From the NCBI GenBank assembly GCA_965645245.1, contig OZ287081.1, positions 434,001 through 498,000 of the forward strand: a DNA stretch of 64,000 bases. Direction: 5' to 3'. Numbering within the stretch: position 1 is the stretch's first letter; each line of letters begins with the position of its first letter. The stretch is from Massalongia carnosa. Lineage: Eukaryota. Positions 1 to 13,660 of the stretch are shown piece by piece. A program made the position numbers and the translations under genes. Under the pieces are notes generated by a model. It was given only the letters and a program-made list of their open reading frames with translations. It made no database searches and was not told where the DNA came from.

Positions 1-3
1 TTT

Positions 4-1476
4 ATGGGCTTGTATCATGCGCCTTCGGAGAGCGACTATTGGAATACATGTCCTGATAAGCCTGTTTTCGTGTCTATTCAGGAGGCTATGTCTCTGAATC
101 GATTTGAAAATATCAAACGATTCTTGAAAATAAACAACGGACGTACAGAGCCTTCAGACATGGGCAAAGAACCTGATTGGTGGAAGAAATTGGAGCCGCT
201 TGCTACTGATTTTCAAACGGCTTCGTTGAAATATTATCAACCAGGAAGCATTGTTTCAGTTGATGAGCAATTGATTAAGTTCAAAGGTCGATCACGTCAT
301 ACTTTGCAAATAGCTTCCAAGCATGCCCGCAAAGGGTTTAAAATATATAGTCTTTGTCAGAATAATTATCTGATATCGTTCCTATTTGCCTCCAGAATTA
401 CCAAAATCAGTCAATTAAAAACCGCCAGACAGCTAGGATTTCTGATCAAACATGGCCTTTCTGATAGTGCTTTGGTAGTAATTCAGCTCTGTCAAACGCT
501 TCCCGAACCACTGAACTATGTTCTTTTTTGCGACAACTTCTTTACCAGCACAAAGCTATTCAAAGCTCTTCGATCAATAGGAATTGCCGCCTGTGGAACA
601 GCCAAGAAAGGCTCTGGATTTCCCTCGGAGTTGCTAGCCCTGAGAGATGTGGCCACAAAAGCGAAACATTGGGGCCTTCGTACCAGTACGACTGTCGATG
701 ATGAAGTGCTTTGTTTAGGCTGGGTGGATAACAATACTGTTCAGCTTATGACTACGTTCCATGACCCTCGAGAGCTTGATCGTTCATACTATTTACATCC
801 TTTCAAAAGACATGGAATTCCAGAAGGCTCGGTTGAACCGATTATATCCTATTATCCATCAATTCATGCACACACCACTTTGCTGCCTGATCAAACGCCT
901 TTATGGCCTTTAGGATTACCGGTTCCTGTTCCCATCAGAGAATACAATCTTCACATGGGAGGTTCAGATGAAAATGCCCAGCAAAGAGCAACTTATTCAT
1001 ATGAACGCCGAAGTGATCGTTATTGGGGGCCTTTGTTTATTTTTTTGTTAGATGCTGCTGCGTTAAATGCATACAAGCTCTATCTGTTGAACAACTCCGA
1101 AACAACAGAAAAAATTCTCGATCGTGCTGACTTTATTCGTCATCTTTCTCTTCATCTTCTGAGAAATCCCGCTGGTCAAAGACGGCGATATGAGCCTCAA
1201 ACAAGCGTTCAAACCAAAACTGATTGTTTTGTCAGTCCTCCTGAGCATCATTACATTCATTTGAACAAAAAACAACGATGTGTGCATTGCAATGCAAATA
1301 AAACAAGACCTTCCAAGCGAAAGAGGGAACTACTGACTGAAAGAGACGCTAATGGAAACAAAAGAAAGCGACGAGGTGCTCAGACAAAGTGGGCATGTGG
1401 AGGATGTCATCCGATTAAGCCTTGCTGTAAATATCAGGACTGCTGGCAAGCAATTCATCTGAATTCAAAGGGGTGA
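4..1476 (+). mobile_element. piggyBac-type DDD transposase (5' end probably outside window)
   Basis: Motifs SVDEQLIKFKGRS, GFKIYSLC, FCDNFFTS..LF..L, ACGT, WVDNNTV, YNLHMGGSD and a C-terminal Cys-rich domain (CVHC...CGGC..CC...C..IH). No TIR identified. Confidence 0.9.
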
Positions 1477-1629
1477 ATGGAATACATGTAAATAGTAATT
1501 GATTGGACACTCTGGCAAATAGGGGTAGTAACATCTAGACTTGATTAGTCAATATTTTAAGTTTCGGGAGGTTTAGACCATTTACAGTTAGTGCGAGGGG
1601 GTGGTGCCTTCGCAGTTATTTACATTAAA

Positions 1630-2720
1630 TTAATGACCAGTCATGGCCCCCTCAGCTGAGATGACGTCCTTTAGCCGTTGAGGAATTGATCGTACTCTCT
1701 CATTAATAAACTCCTGACTGACTGTCGCCCAGCCCTCACAAATCAATACTTTTAAGCTCGCTTCGTCCCAATGAGGATACTTTTTGATATGCTACTTTGT
1801 GGGCTGCCAGCTGTTTTCAATAGGAGCCAAATCAGGTGAAGAAGAGCAGTTGAAATAATGCTCTAAACGATGATCCTACTTCCATTTCTTGACTGCGTTT
1901 CTCGTCCTGCCTGTGCCATGCCCGGAATCAGCATCTTCTTCGAGCACAAAATCATCCCCTCGCTCTAGCCACGGCTTGACAACGGGCTCAAGTATTGAGT
2001 TAATGTATACTTGATGCATCATCTTGCCATTGCTGTTGCCCGGCACTTCGTAGAATATAATATCCGACTTGAAGTTGTAGCCTACAGCCGCCCAAAAATG
2101 CAGTCTCTTTCGATCTTTCTCCGCTGGCGCATCACGATGTTGTATACAATCCCATCTATAGCGTGTGCCTGGCTGACGTGTAATTTGCCCTCGGGCCCGT
2201 AGGAGAAATGAACTTCATCACTAAATCGTACTCGATACCAATCTTCTGGTTTAGGATATTTGGCCAGCATTATATGAGCGTATTCCACCCGTTTTTGCAT
2301 AGGAGGGTCGGCCAGCCATCCTTTGACGCAGGCTAGACATTTCTCGTAATTCAATGCAGCACGTAGCACGTTATGCATTGTACGACCCACAACATCTGCT
2401 CCAACTTCCATCGCAACTTGTTCCCATGTCAAGCGTTTTCCTTCGAGTTGTAGCTCATCTTCCTGAAGCAGCCGACCAGCCTCTCGTACTTGCTCGCCTG
2501 TGATTTTTGATCGTCTTCCTCGCGTTTCTATAAGCTCTGTATGATGACGAGTACGTGTCGAAGCTCCTTTGCGAATAATTCTGTAGCCAGCTCGTTCCGA
2601 AACGCCATACTTCTTGAAAAGATTTCGTGAATCATGTACGATGCCTTCATCAAGAAGATATTCATGAATTCCTGCTCGAATGGGAGTATCGTAGTGAGTT
2701 GCACGTTGCTTACGAGGCAT
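1630..2720 (-). pseudogene. Tc1/IS630-superfamily transposase pseudogene
   Basis: Reads MPRKQR...WYRVRFSDEVHF, then after a frameshift LHFWAAVGY...FVLEEDADSGH...SPDLAPIEN.W...SIPQRLKDVISAEGAMTGH*, with internal TAG stops. I count 38 residues between the second D and the E. Possible degenerate TIRs at 1585-1604 and 2994-3013 (15/20 match). Confidence 0.85.
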
Positions 2721-3026
2721 GTTGGTGTGGATGGTTGATGAAAAGGGGGGGATTTTAATGGGGTAAAGTCGCCTACACGTCGCCAGTTTTTTTTTCAGGG
2801 GCGTGCGTGGATAGCCGAAGGACCGAGTGGAGGCAGGCCGCGAACAGCCAACAAAGGCCGAAGGACAAAGGAGGATGATGTCCAAAATAGTTGGACAAAC
2901 AAGGGAGAGAAAGGGCATAAATAGGTGGCCTTTTGGCACTCTTCTCCTCATCATCACCATTGATTCCGAGTTCAGCACCAAAAGGTCTTTTGCCCACCCA
3001 CCCACACTCCCTGAATCAGCCGCATA

Positions 3027-3110
3027 GGTAGATGGAGTTTTTCAGAGTTGCCCAAACATAGATAGAAATTATGTATATGTTCAGTTGACACGACGGAGCC
3101 CGCGAATTAC
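3027..3110. repeat. Dispersed repeat copy A (lacks internal hairpin)
   Basis: Near-identical to 36990-37006 joined to 37086-37152. Confidence 0.85.
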
Positions 3111-4180
3111 GCTTGCATTATGAACGCATCCGCTCTCTCAAGCTTAGCTCCTTTGCAGGGGAGCATGTATGAAATCCTAGTCCCATTAATATTTTTGTAG
3201 ATAGACTGTTATAGTTGGACTTACAAAATTGTGGCTAGGGTGTTGCTGCTGTGGCTGTTTTTTTATCTTTCTCTTTACCCTTTTCTTTCCTGGAGTCAGG
3301 CTGTCTACAGCCTCACCCTCGCCTTGTGAAAAGCGTGTTTATTTACACACCGAAACGAGTTCTCAAGAACAAGAGGTCACGTATCTAAACCGGGGGATTT
3401 TTCAAGATGCGACCCTACTTTAATACAGGTTATGCACCAAGACTCCCTTTTCGCACCACTTAACTCATTCAGACCAATGTTGCCCACATATCTTTCCCAC
3501 CCCTTGGCATTCCTTTCATGATCCGAGACCGAAGGTCCCTCCTTGGGTGGACTGGGTGATGGGTGAACGAAAAAGGCCGAAACGCATTTTATGTTGCCTC
3601 AGCCCTTCACAAAGGGCAGATCAGGCGCAGAATAACATCCACCCACACCAACTTACTCGTAGAACACTTAAAAGCAACCTTTCCTCCCGCACCTCTCTGT
3701 CATGTAATTACGCAGAACTGTTTGCATTGCAGTTGATTAAATACATAAATACGCCGGAACCGCACTGCTCAGCTGGATTTTCGCGTTTTGGGGTTCTCTC
3801 TCCCAACTAGAAAGCCATGCCTGGCCTGATCTCCAGCAGATACCTATGTATCTATAAAAACACCCCATAACGGGACGCCACTCCAGGAATCGCAAGGTAC
3901 CGTTAGGTTGTAGGGACTGGCGAGGGCGGGACTTATGTACTGCTACGGTATGCTGGCTGGAGTTTTTGTCGAAGGTTGGAATAAGAAAGTGATGATGGGA
4001 ATGGGGAGGGAATAGACGGGATAAGACGGGGCTTGGAGAGGGCCGTGGGGGGGGGGAGGACAAAGGCCGCATCGCGTTCTTTCATCTTATGAAGAGGCCT
4101 TTTGTGCGTATTCAGTTGCTGTAGCTAGCTGGGCCCTTTTCGACAAGCCGTTTGCGGTGAGAGCTGGAGAAAGTTGGGAG

Positions 4181-4441
4181 TGTTAGATGAGACAGCCATC
4201 CTATGTGCCGTGCCAGACGGCAACATAACGGCTTGGGAATAACGTCTCAAGTGATCCGCACACGGCTAGCTAATGAGGTGGTACGGCAGGGAGATTCAAG
4301 GCAAACCTGCCCTGCCGCTGCGCCTGCTCTCTATCTTATTCGTCTCTCATCTATCTAGCTATATAAACATAGTAGATAGCCACCTAAATAGAACAATCAA
4401 TCCTTCCCACACATACTATTACCTACCTATTTAACTCAACA
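4181..4441. mobile_element. Solo LTR (261 bp)
   Basis: Starts TGTTAG and ends TCAACA (TGTT...AACA). Flanked by a perfect 5-bp TSD GGGAG (4176-4180, 4442-4446). Internal TATATAAA. Confidence 0.8.
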
Positions 4442-6075
4442 GGGAGCTGCTAGAGTTTAAGGGGCCCGTCGTTTGGGTCTTTCAATGAATAAGTGTGGAA
4501 GGGTATATCAGTAGATAACGCGAAGAATATATATGTTTTTTTTTCGGTTATGGAGAGGGTTTTGCTGGCTTCGCTATTGAAAAGGCTGTACGATCGACAT
4601 TGGTAGATACATATCAAACCAAGAGGAAGAATGGATTTCAGCACCATGTTCTCGCCGCTAGAGTTGCTTCCAATTCTTTTACCTTCCGTTTATATTCGCT
4701 GACCTCCTGCTTCACCGACCGCAACGCTTGATTGTACCCCAGCAACTGCTCTCGCACTTGGTTTCTGTGGATGACGCTGGTGGAAGCGATGAGGCGCACA
4801 ACGAAGACGAAGTTGTCGATTTCAGACTAAACTACCCCTACCGCCAGCAGGCTGGGGTAAATGGCCATGATGCGATCCATGATACGCTTGTCTAAATCGA
4901 GGGAATAATCTTCCACCTCTTCGAGGTCCAGTCCGTCGCGGACTGCGACGAATCAGTTGTCATAGACGTTATGTTGTTCTTGTAATAGCCTTGTCCACAG
5001 GCGTTGCATCTCCTCGCTCCCCGAGTGACTGAGCTCCATGAGTTTCTTCGTGCCAAAAAGAGCCGATATAAAAGCTCTTATGTCAGGCATACTTTAGAAA
5101 TAAGCGATCAATCGCTGGCTGCGGCGGTTGGAAAGTGCTAGGAACGTAGAAGTGGGATCGATGAGGTGAATTATCTGAGGATAGGCTTGCTGGCTTTAAG
5201 GTGGCTATTGATGATGAGCCATACGGTGCGGAAACGGAGGGGTTTATAATCAAAATACTATTTCAAAAGGATGATCGAATGAAGTTAATAAAGACCAGAA
5301 ATTATCTGCATATGCTACGTTGATGAAACTGGGCGTACTAGTTCCATTTGAGACAACGCAGGGAAAGAAAATGAACGTTGGATGACTTCAAAGTAATGAG
5401 AATACATACCAGTGCTATTCACGGACGAGATAGGGCAATGTAATATTTTTTGGTCGCTCTGCTAGCCATCAGAATACTGACAGCGACATCCCATCATCTC
5501 GTCAGTATAACTAATGTATCAAGCATGCAAACCCAGGAAGCTATAGCGGTGTTCTTGGAAAACATAGGGACGCCTTCTAGCTGGTGGCATCTCTGCGACT
5601 CCTGTAGCTTTAGCTATGGATGCTCTTTCTCTCAACTCTGTGTTATTCCACCACCTTGATCTCTTGCACTTAATCATGATATTAAAGCAAGAGATGTGCT
5701 ATTATCGGGGGAATGAGTTTGAAATAACGGGAGAGATGCAGAAAAAGAAAATAGGTATCGTTTTAACCAATTTGGTGTGGCAAAGTGTTTGCACTCAGTC
5801 TCCAACTTTGTTCCATCCTCTGTAATACTATTAGTAAAGTAAAGAAGCCGTTATAATAGCCTTTAGCTCTCGTGAGCTTCAGACACCGTGATCATTCCTT
5901 TCGTATAGGCCCGCTTGCTGGCGGTAAAATATAGGGCCAAGCGCCGTCATGACAAACTTGTCTGGAGATTTGAACGTCTATGCCCGTGCCCTCGAAGCTG
6001 AGCTTTGCACAAACTGGAAGTACTTTACGCCAGCTAAGTTTGACTAGAACCACTTATCTTTGGTCAATGCACCAG

Positions 6076-7419
6076 TCACCCCAAAAGTTGCAGATTCAAC
6101 CATGTGTGGCCAGAAGGAAACGGCGAAGTATATTCATCGGCTTGGAAGAAGTCATGCAGCACCCAGTTGGCTTTCCAGCACAGCAAATGAAGTAGTTGAT
6201 TGATAACGAAATACTGCACAAAAATCCTCAGCACTCGCAAATAGGCGCCCCAGGTTAGAGTGGCCCATGCATTGGAGATACTCAATCCAGGACTATGGGT
6301 CGAACTCTCCTCGTCGTCACGGGGGACCGGGTTCCCTCGGAAGAATGGTACAATGGCTTCATCGGCATCTGGAAGCATCGATGCGTGAATTCTTCTCAAC
6401 GTCATGGTTGCTGGGATTAACAAAGTAGCGACTAGCACAAGATAGAGGAGGTACACAATGCTGAATTTGAACAATAAGAATCTTTGGCTGCTTGCATCAA
6501 GTGAACTCCAGAGAAGAGGTGTCCAGGCATATTTTCTAAGCTTAAATGAAGAACTCCGACTCAAAGCCAACGGTAGGCTCCTAGTCACCTGCTCACATAA
6601 AGCCCACAGACAAGTTATCGGATAGAGTTCAACTAAAATATCACTCCCTCTGGGAAAATGGTCATAGATATTCCTATTCCCAGGCTCTATGATGGCATAG
6701 TGAGTCCATAGCGCAGAGCCCCCTCCGAAGAACACTGCGAGAAAAACGGATGTAGCTCCGTATCCAGACTCCAGCTCTTTGGGTTGTCCGGATAGAAAGA
6801 AGTCGCTAAAGGCGCCAATGTACCATTGGCTAACCGACATGATGAGAAACGGGCTGAGTCCGCGAAGACAAGCCAACCCAAAGAATCGCTGCCCCAAGGA
6901 TTGAATTGGCATAGTGAGTCTACGGGTGAAGGCCCGTTTTTCACTGCTCAGGAATCTAGGCTGAAAGGTTGGTGCTTTTCTAAGCTTTTTCTTGGTTTCC
7001 GGGTCAATTTTGCGAGGGTGAGACGCAGAACGCTTGCGGGCGAGTGCGGCGCCGAGGATTGAAATATCCTCAGAAGACACCATTGCCACCGTCGAAATGA
7101 CTTCGAAAACGTATGAGATCTACACCTAATTAATGCCGTACCTACATAGCACTTGATCAGGGGCACCTACCAAGTAAGATAGTATATATCTTGTTGCAAC
7201 GAGGGCGAAGAAGAGGAAGATAAGCCAAATAGGCATTTGCTCCTTGGATGGCTTATCATGACTTTTTGGAGTTGAAGAAGTCTTAGAAAAAGATATATGA
7301 TCTCCAACGACAGAGGATTTCGTTAAGGGTGGTTCCCCAATGGTGCTAAGTCCATACCAAGTGCAGAAACCAAGCAGATATTGTAAGATCATCTGGAACA
7401 TAATGATTGAAAATTTCAA
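6076..7419 (-). CDS. Conserved fungal multi-pass membrane protein of unknown function (probably 2 exons)
   Basis: ORFs 7126-7419 and 6076-7089 have several TM segments and the motif TLRRIHASMLPDADEAIVPF...LSISNAW, typical of a fungal family often mis-annotated as 'ubiquitin carrier protein'. Confidence 0.65.
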
Positions 7420-7834
7420 GAGCTTTTAAGATTCAACAACGAATACTGCGATGGGAGAAATTTAAATTGACGCTGTAGTGTATAGACGCGAATTAGCGAA
7501 ACATGCAAGAGCCCCACTAGGATATGTCATGCAAGAAAGCCCACTGCAAGAAAGCCCACTGCTTAAAAGTTGGAAAAGAAATCATACAAATAAAAAATGT
7601 GGAAAAATAGTGATTCGAAGACAAGGCAAGGGTACTTGGTTGATATAGACTGTTCCTCTTCTCCCATATGGGTGGAACCTACGAAACATTGGCGTGGTAT
7701 ATATAGCAGTTTATCGTCAGGCTGATTTAGCTTGCTGTATGGTCTGATTTGACTTCCGGGCAAGGCAATGATCTGCAGGTGTTCATGCAGGTTAAGGGGC
7801 TGAAGTAGCAGGTTCGTTGGAGCCTTACAGCCTT

Positions 7835-9432
7835 ACGGGATTTCCCGGTGAAACGCCGAACCCGCCGAATTTTAGAAAATTTCTCCGCGCCACCTCATCC
7901 TTTTTAACCATGGATAACACCACCACCATCACACCCCAATTGACCAAGAAATTGCTAATTTAAAGTTGCAAGAGCGACCCAATACACTTGCAACTATCAA
8001 GAAAATTCAGCCTAGTCGAAGGTACTCTTCGGCGGCGATGGAATGACTAATCGGTCTCCCGACGGGAGGCTTCATTCATGCAACGGTTCAAGAAGAGGCT
8101 GTAATCCTATAAATCAATCGATTAATCGATAGAGGAATACTTCCTGCCCCTACAGATGTGCGCAATTTGGCAGAAGAAATGATCAATTCGTCAGTAGGTA
8201 AGAATTAGGACGGGGGAATTCACTACTCCGTAAGCGAAATCAAGATAGACTTGAAAGTCTATATTTACGCAACATAGACAGTTTACGACAGATCCGTGAT
8301 TTTGGCAATATAATTACTCCTAATCGCGTCGCATTTGTGCTCAATAGTCAACATTTCTTTTAGTTGATCGCGAGCATCGAACTATATAACATCAAAGTAG
8401 ATAACGTCTATTATTGGGACGAAAAGGGCTTTTTTAATTGGCATGACCTCTGCCGTAAAGCGAATAATAATCCTTGAAGCTCTAGAATCGGGACGCATAA
8501 CCTATGCGAGTTAAGATGAAAGTCGTGAGTTCATCAGTCTGCTGGCTTGCATACGCGCAAACGGCATCGCTTTATCATCCGCGCTGATCTATATAGGTGA
8601 TTCAAAGACACTTCAGGACACATGGTTGAAATATTGGAGTGTAGATTGGCAACCTTTCTTTGTTATTTCCTTCAATGAATGGGGTTGTGATCTGCTTGGT
8701 CTGAACTTGCTTGAGCGTGTTTTTGATCGATATGCAAAGCATATAGGGATACAATGCGGTTGATAGTGGTGGGTGGTCATTCTAGCCACGTCAATATGAA
8801 ATTCATCAATAAATGCGATATAAAAGAGTCAAATAGAGTTTTGTTGTCTAAAATAATTTGCTGCATATGAGCGTCTCGTGGTCAATCGTTCTATTGATCA
8901 ACACGTAATCAGAGGCTTATGCGAGGCATCTAAAGACGAAAAGAAAAGATGAAAACGAGGTGATAATCTGAATTTGCTAGGTAAAGAAGATTCTGGGCCT
9001 CAATGTTTCAGTTCGGGTAGGATAGCAGCGACTAGGGTCTATTAGGCTTTAAAAGATGACGAAAAGACACGACGGCAACAGGATCTCGCTGAAAAACGGG
9101 CACAGTCAGTTGTTAATAAGTCACTGAAGGAAAAAGAGAAGCAAGAACGGGCCCTGATTGCTGCAGAAAAAAAAGAATTGATCAAGGAGGCGAAACAGGC
9201 TAAAGCGGTCGAAAAACAGGCCTAAAACGAATTGGAAAACGCAATAACTAGGCCTCCTGGAATATCGATAAGGGTGAAACAGAAATTTACAGGGCAAAAA
9301 CAGATGTCAAAATATCGAAAGCCGTCCCAGGAGACAAGTGGTAATGTCGATGTGGTTTGGGGTAGAGAAGTTGTAATATCTCGCACATTTAGCGGTAGAC
9401 AAGTGCGAAAGCCAAATCATTTTGACTTATAG
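7835..9432 (+). pseudogene. Decayed pogo/Fot1-type transposon remnant
   Basis: Residual motifs (TLRRRW, QEEAVI..INRL..RG, NLAEE, WDEKGF, SREFISLLACI.A.G, GHSSHVNMKFI) with many stops, frameshifts and an internal deletion. Ends approximate. Confidence 0.75.
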
Positions 9433-9798
9433 AATTTTTCTTTTATGCATCAATTTGGACACCTTCTACGTACATTGCACCAAAATTTCAGTTTATCAAT
9501 CGTGGTGGTTGTCGCATGGTAGCAGAAATAGCAATGTGTCGAAACTTATAAATTTCCGTTTCGTTACCTAGTCAACTATCCCTTTTACTCCGTAACTTCG
9601 TACAGAGAGTCACGAGCTCAATCCTACAGGGGCGGCACTTGATCTCGATCAATAATAGAGCATCCTATCCCCATTCAGAGACAACAGGCACGTATTTAAG
9701 AAGCTCATGGATCCGCAATCACTGTGAGCTTTGGATAATATTGACTCTTGCAACACTATCGACTTTGGCACCAACGGAAAGCCCCACGCCCATTTTCT

Positions 9799-11124
9799 GA
9801 AATGTCATTCGCCCCTCCAATCTCAAGAGATGGCTTTCACTACAATGGTGACCTACATGTCGACGTCGGGAACCTTAATCGACACAAGCGCGCATCAGTT
9901 GCCGAGATAACGGCCATCCTCCGTCCGGATCTCAAAAAGTCGAAGTCCGCAACCTCACTGCCAGTCAAAGATCCAGTGGGCCATTGGTACGAGGCACAGT
10001 TGGTGCACTATGGCTTACAGCCGTCCAAGGATAAAGCAAGAGCCAAGATGCGACTGCTTGAAGCATTGAATGCGTCAGCCTTGGTGGTGCCTGCAAGGAT
10101 CAAGACGTTGGAGGACTCGTTGCGCAAGGAGTACGATGCTGCAGAACGCAAAGCCAAGGCGCAACACAAGGCGGAAATGACAGCCACAACAGAGAAATCT
10201 GGGAACAGCAGGAAGCGTAAGCAACCAGACGCTGCCCAGCCAAGCGCTACCACCGTTAACGTCAACGTCAACTTTGGTGATTTTGGAGGACATTCATTCT
10301 GCACACATGGGCAACAGGGCCAGCCTTCACCTCAGAAAAAAGCTAGGACTCCAGCACCAAAAGCAACGAATAAGAAAGTCGTGCCAGCCAAGGGGGCACC
10401 TACGAAGACGACTAATAACTCCAAGGCGAGCCCAGCCAAAAAGGCCTCTACTAGTGGGGGTCAACCTACGGGAAAGAAACCGGCTGCGGCTAAGAAAGAG
10501 CCCGCTACAAAGAAAGAATCTACTGCCAAAAAAGAGCCCGCAGTCAAAAGAGAGCCCACCGTCAAAAGAGAGCCCACCGTCAAAAAGGAGCCCACCGTCA
10601 AAAAAGAGCCCACCGTCAAAAAAGAAGCTACCATCAAAAACGAACCCACAGACCCCCCAAACCCCTCCATCGGCCTCATTAACGGCTACTACGACCTCGA
10701 GTGCCCTCAGCTAACTGCCGACTTCGGCGAAATCCCGTACTCGCTAATCCTCTGCCTCGACACCCCGCGGGTCTGGGGCTCCTACGACTTCGGCGCCTAC
10801 GCCGGCATCCTGCACCTCCCGCGGCGACCCTACCGCGCCTCGGAAACGCCCTTGGAGTTCCGCTGGCGCGGCCGCGAGACGGGCGAAGGCGAGATGAGTT
10901 TCGGGGAGCACTGCGAGGGCGAGATTGCGTTTCTGGGCGACGGCCGCGTGCGCGGGCGGATGCGCGGGTTGTACGGGGCCGAGTGCGAGTTTTGGGGCCA
11001 GAGGCAGCCGGGGCCGACGGTTGCGCCGAGGTCAGCAGACAGCATGAGGAGGGAGTGGGAGTGGTACAACGAGGAAAGCTACGAGAGGGAACGGAGCGGG
11101 AGGGGGGGAGGGGGCGGGTGGTAA
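9799..11124 (+). CDS. Conserved fungal hypothetical protein with Lys/Glu/Pro repeat linker
   Basis: Open ORF from MSFAPP. N-terminal domain contains HWYEAQLVHYGL, the linker has KKEPTV repeats, and the C-terminal domain contains FRWRGRETGEGE...WEWYNEESYERER. Confidence 0.8.
   Translation, partial: EMSFAPPISRDGFHYNGDLHVDVGNLNRHKRASVAEITAILRPDLKKSKSATSLPVKDPVGHWYEAQLVHYGLQPSKDKARAKMRLLEALNASALVVPARIKTLEDSLRKEYDAAERKAKAQHKAEMTATTEKSGNSRKRKQPDAAQPSATTVNVNVNFGDFGGHSFCTHGQQGQPSPQKKARTPAPKATNKKVVPAKGAPTKTTNNSKASPAKKASTSGGQPTGKKPAAAKKEPATKKESTAKKEPAVKREPTVKREPTVKKEPTVKKEPTVKKEATIKNEPTDPPNPSIGLINGYYDLECPQLTADFGEIPYSLILCLDTPRVWGSYDFGAYAGILHLPRRPYRASETPLEFRWRGRETGEGEMSFGEHCEGEIAFLGDGRVRGRMRGLYGAECEFWGQRQPGPTVAPRSADSMRREWEWYNEESYERERSGRGGGGGW
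10492..10647 (+). repeat. Coding 18-bp tandem repeat (K[KR]EPT[VA])
   Basis: About 8 imperfect copies of aaaaaagagcccaccgtc. Confidence 0.85.
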
Positions 11125-11742
11125 GGGGGCAAAGGAGAGGAACACGTGGGATTCCCCACGGATTTTGGTAGCCACGAAGCGGCGGGGTTTTACATATGCA
11201 GAGAATGAATGGGATGAAGGAATTGGTAAACCGGGTAAACAGGTACCCCACGACCCCGAGGAGATGTGTGGAAAGCAGATACCTAAACGAAGAAAGTCGG
11301 ATTTCCAGTTCGGATTTTATCGATCCTTTCCTGCCCCCCCGATATCATCTCGTTTTCTCGTTGCTCGTTTTCATGCTTCTTTTTCTCTTTCTTTCTTTTT
11401 CTAGTTATATCTATGTACGAACATACGAACGTACGTACTCAAGTCCTGACTTTTACTTATACTTATGCATTTTTCATAGACATTTCTCATAATCTTGTTC
11501 TTGTTCTTGTTCTTGTTCTTCTCTTTTTTCTTTTTCTTCGTATTTCATCCCGTCCCCCCACTCACATCCCCAACAACCAATTCCCTCTCCTTCTCCCGTT
11601 TTCTTTCTTTCTTCTTCTTCTCTTCTCTCATTTTCGTTTCCCTTCAATTCCCTCTCTCATCCTTCTCCTCCGATTTTTTTCGAGATTCTTCTTTCTTTCT
11701 TTCTTTCTTTCTCGACGTTCTTCGTTAAGACCCGTGGAAGGG

Positions 11743-11870
11743 CAGGCGGGGTGACAAAATAAGTGGCAGTCAGGTAATCTAGGTCGCGGCCAAAATTTCC
11801 TATCAAAAGTCCCTTATTTTTGGCGGGAACCTAGCTTACCTAACTGCCACTTATTTTGTCACCCCGCCTG
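11743..11870. mobile_element. MITE / fold-back element (128 bp)
   Basis: Perfect 28-bp TIR CAGGCGGGGTGACAAAATAAGTGGCAGT, extending imperfectly to about 50 bp. No ORF. Confidence 0.85.
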
Positions 11871-13660
11871 AGGGGGGGGGGGAGGGGAACGAAGAAGAAA
11901 AAAAAAAAAAAAACGGCATTTCGAATCGATGGTGAAAAACGTGTTGATTTTTGGGGTTGTTTTCTTAACTTTTTTAATATTTAACTTAAAACTAACTTAG
12001 TTCCTTCTTTCGACAGTCTTTTTTTGGGGGGTAGAAATTCTTTCATATAATCTTCACAACTTCGCAACCAATCGTGACTTTGCACCTCACTTTCCCCAAG
12101 TGAGGAATTCGCAAGGTCTTGATGAAGGGAGAATAAATGGAACCTCAGTTCGTATTCTTTGGTCCTTTTAACCGGATATTCTTCGTTCAGTTTCAGATTG
12201 CGTAAGAAGTTTTCGTCTCATCCGTCCGCGACTCTGGCGGAATGGAAGAGTAAAGCAAGAGTGAGTGGGTGAGAATGGGGGGGGAGAGAGAAAGGAAGGC
12301 AGAAGGGCAGGAGGGCAGGATCGGCAGGAGGCGGGCAAACAGGCAGGGGAGGGAATTCGGCGGTGGGAGGAAAGAAGGAAAACACAGACGGGGAGATGAG
12401 AGTGGGATTTTTGGGAATGGTTGCCGGATGTAGGGAGACGAACAGGATATTGATTTGGCGTCGGGATAATGATAATCTGTTATTGAAATTACTTCCGTTC
12501 TAATCTAATCGGAATAAGAAGACGGGAACACCGGAACAAACGGCATGCGCTGTAAGTAAATAGGGTTGTGGACATGTTTATGTATGTGCAAAGAAGAAGA
12601 AGAAGAAGAAGAAGAAAAGAAAGACGGGAAAGAAGCTCCAGCAGGCTCGCGCGTAAAACCAAAGAACACATGGATTTTCTAAGTTTAAATGTTTTGGTTA
12701 TGGCGTTACAAAGCATCCGAAAGTGGAACAAAAAGTTATAAATAGCTATAGATGAGCCTTGAAATGAATGGACGTAGGTCCAGTAACGTCATCGAAGAAA
12801 ATTTTTTCGTTCAACAACTTGTACGGGAGACAAGTTATCAAAGATCACCGTCAACCTGGCTGACCGTCGCGATAGCGGTTTTGGGAGAAAGTCAGTGGTG
12901 AATGGAATGAAGTTTGCCTGGTTTGGTTTAAAGGGAAGGGGGGTGAGGGCATCACGGTCTTTCGAAAGGTAGTCTTCCGCGCTCGTGAAACGATATGAAG
13001 AGAGAAGAGAGAGGAAGAAAGAGAAAGGATGGAGAAAGAAGAAAACGGTGATGCCGTTTGGAATGTCTAAGGTAGGGAATATCCTGGGACTGTTTGCTGC
13101 TGTTGAAAAGAAGACAAGCTGATTGGTGAACCTAAAGTCATGTTGCAATAACTCAACTTGTTTTGATCCATAGTGCGACGGTTTGATTGTACACGTTGGA
13201 ACTGGATAATAAATCTCATTGTAGTTGAAGGTTCCTGCATGACGCCTGAAGACATGTTTCGGGTAAGTAACGGTTGACCCTCCATAACGGCGGATCCAGA
13301 AAAGAGGAAAATCCCGTGATACCGTCCAAATCTAAGACATCCCCACGCGCGCATCTCACCATACCCCTTCTTTCATGTCCTGGTGTTCGCATTACTTTGA
13401 ATGTGATCGTGGACTATATCTTGCATGATGTTGCTTCTTTCTGCCTGGAATTATGCCTGCCATTGCCTGCTTTGCGTTCACTTTCACCTGGACTGCTCGT
13501 CTCTTGACGCCAGCAGCTTTTTGATACCACAAATTTCTGCATCCCCCGAAGGTCCATCTCCAAGCCCTGCATTTCTTCATCCACCTTATCAGCCCGGCTG
13601 GTACATAGCCAACCCCGCCACTCTTCACATCTCATACGGGGTGCAATCCTCCAAGACAGG

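Noticed and set aside
10492..10647. CRISPR-like array
   Set aside because: Spacerless in-frame coding tandem repeat in a eukaryotic gene.
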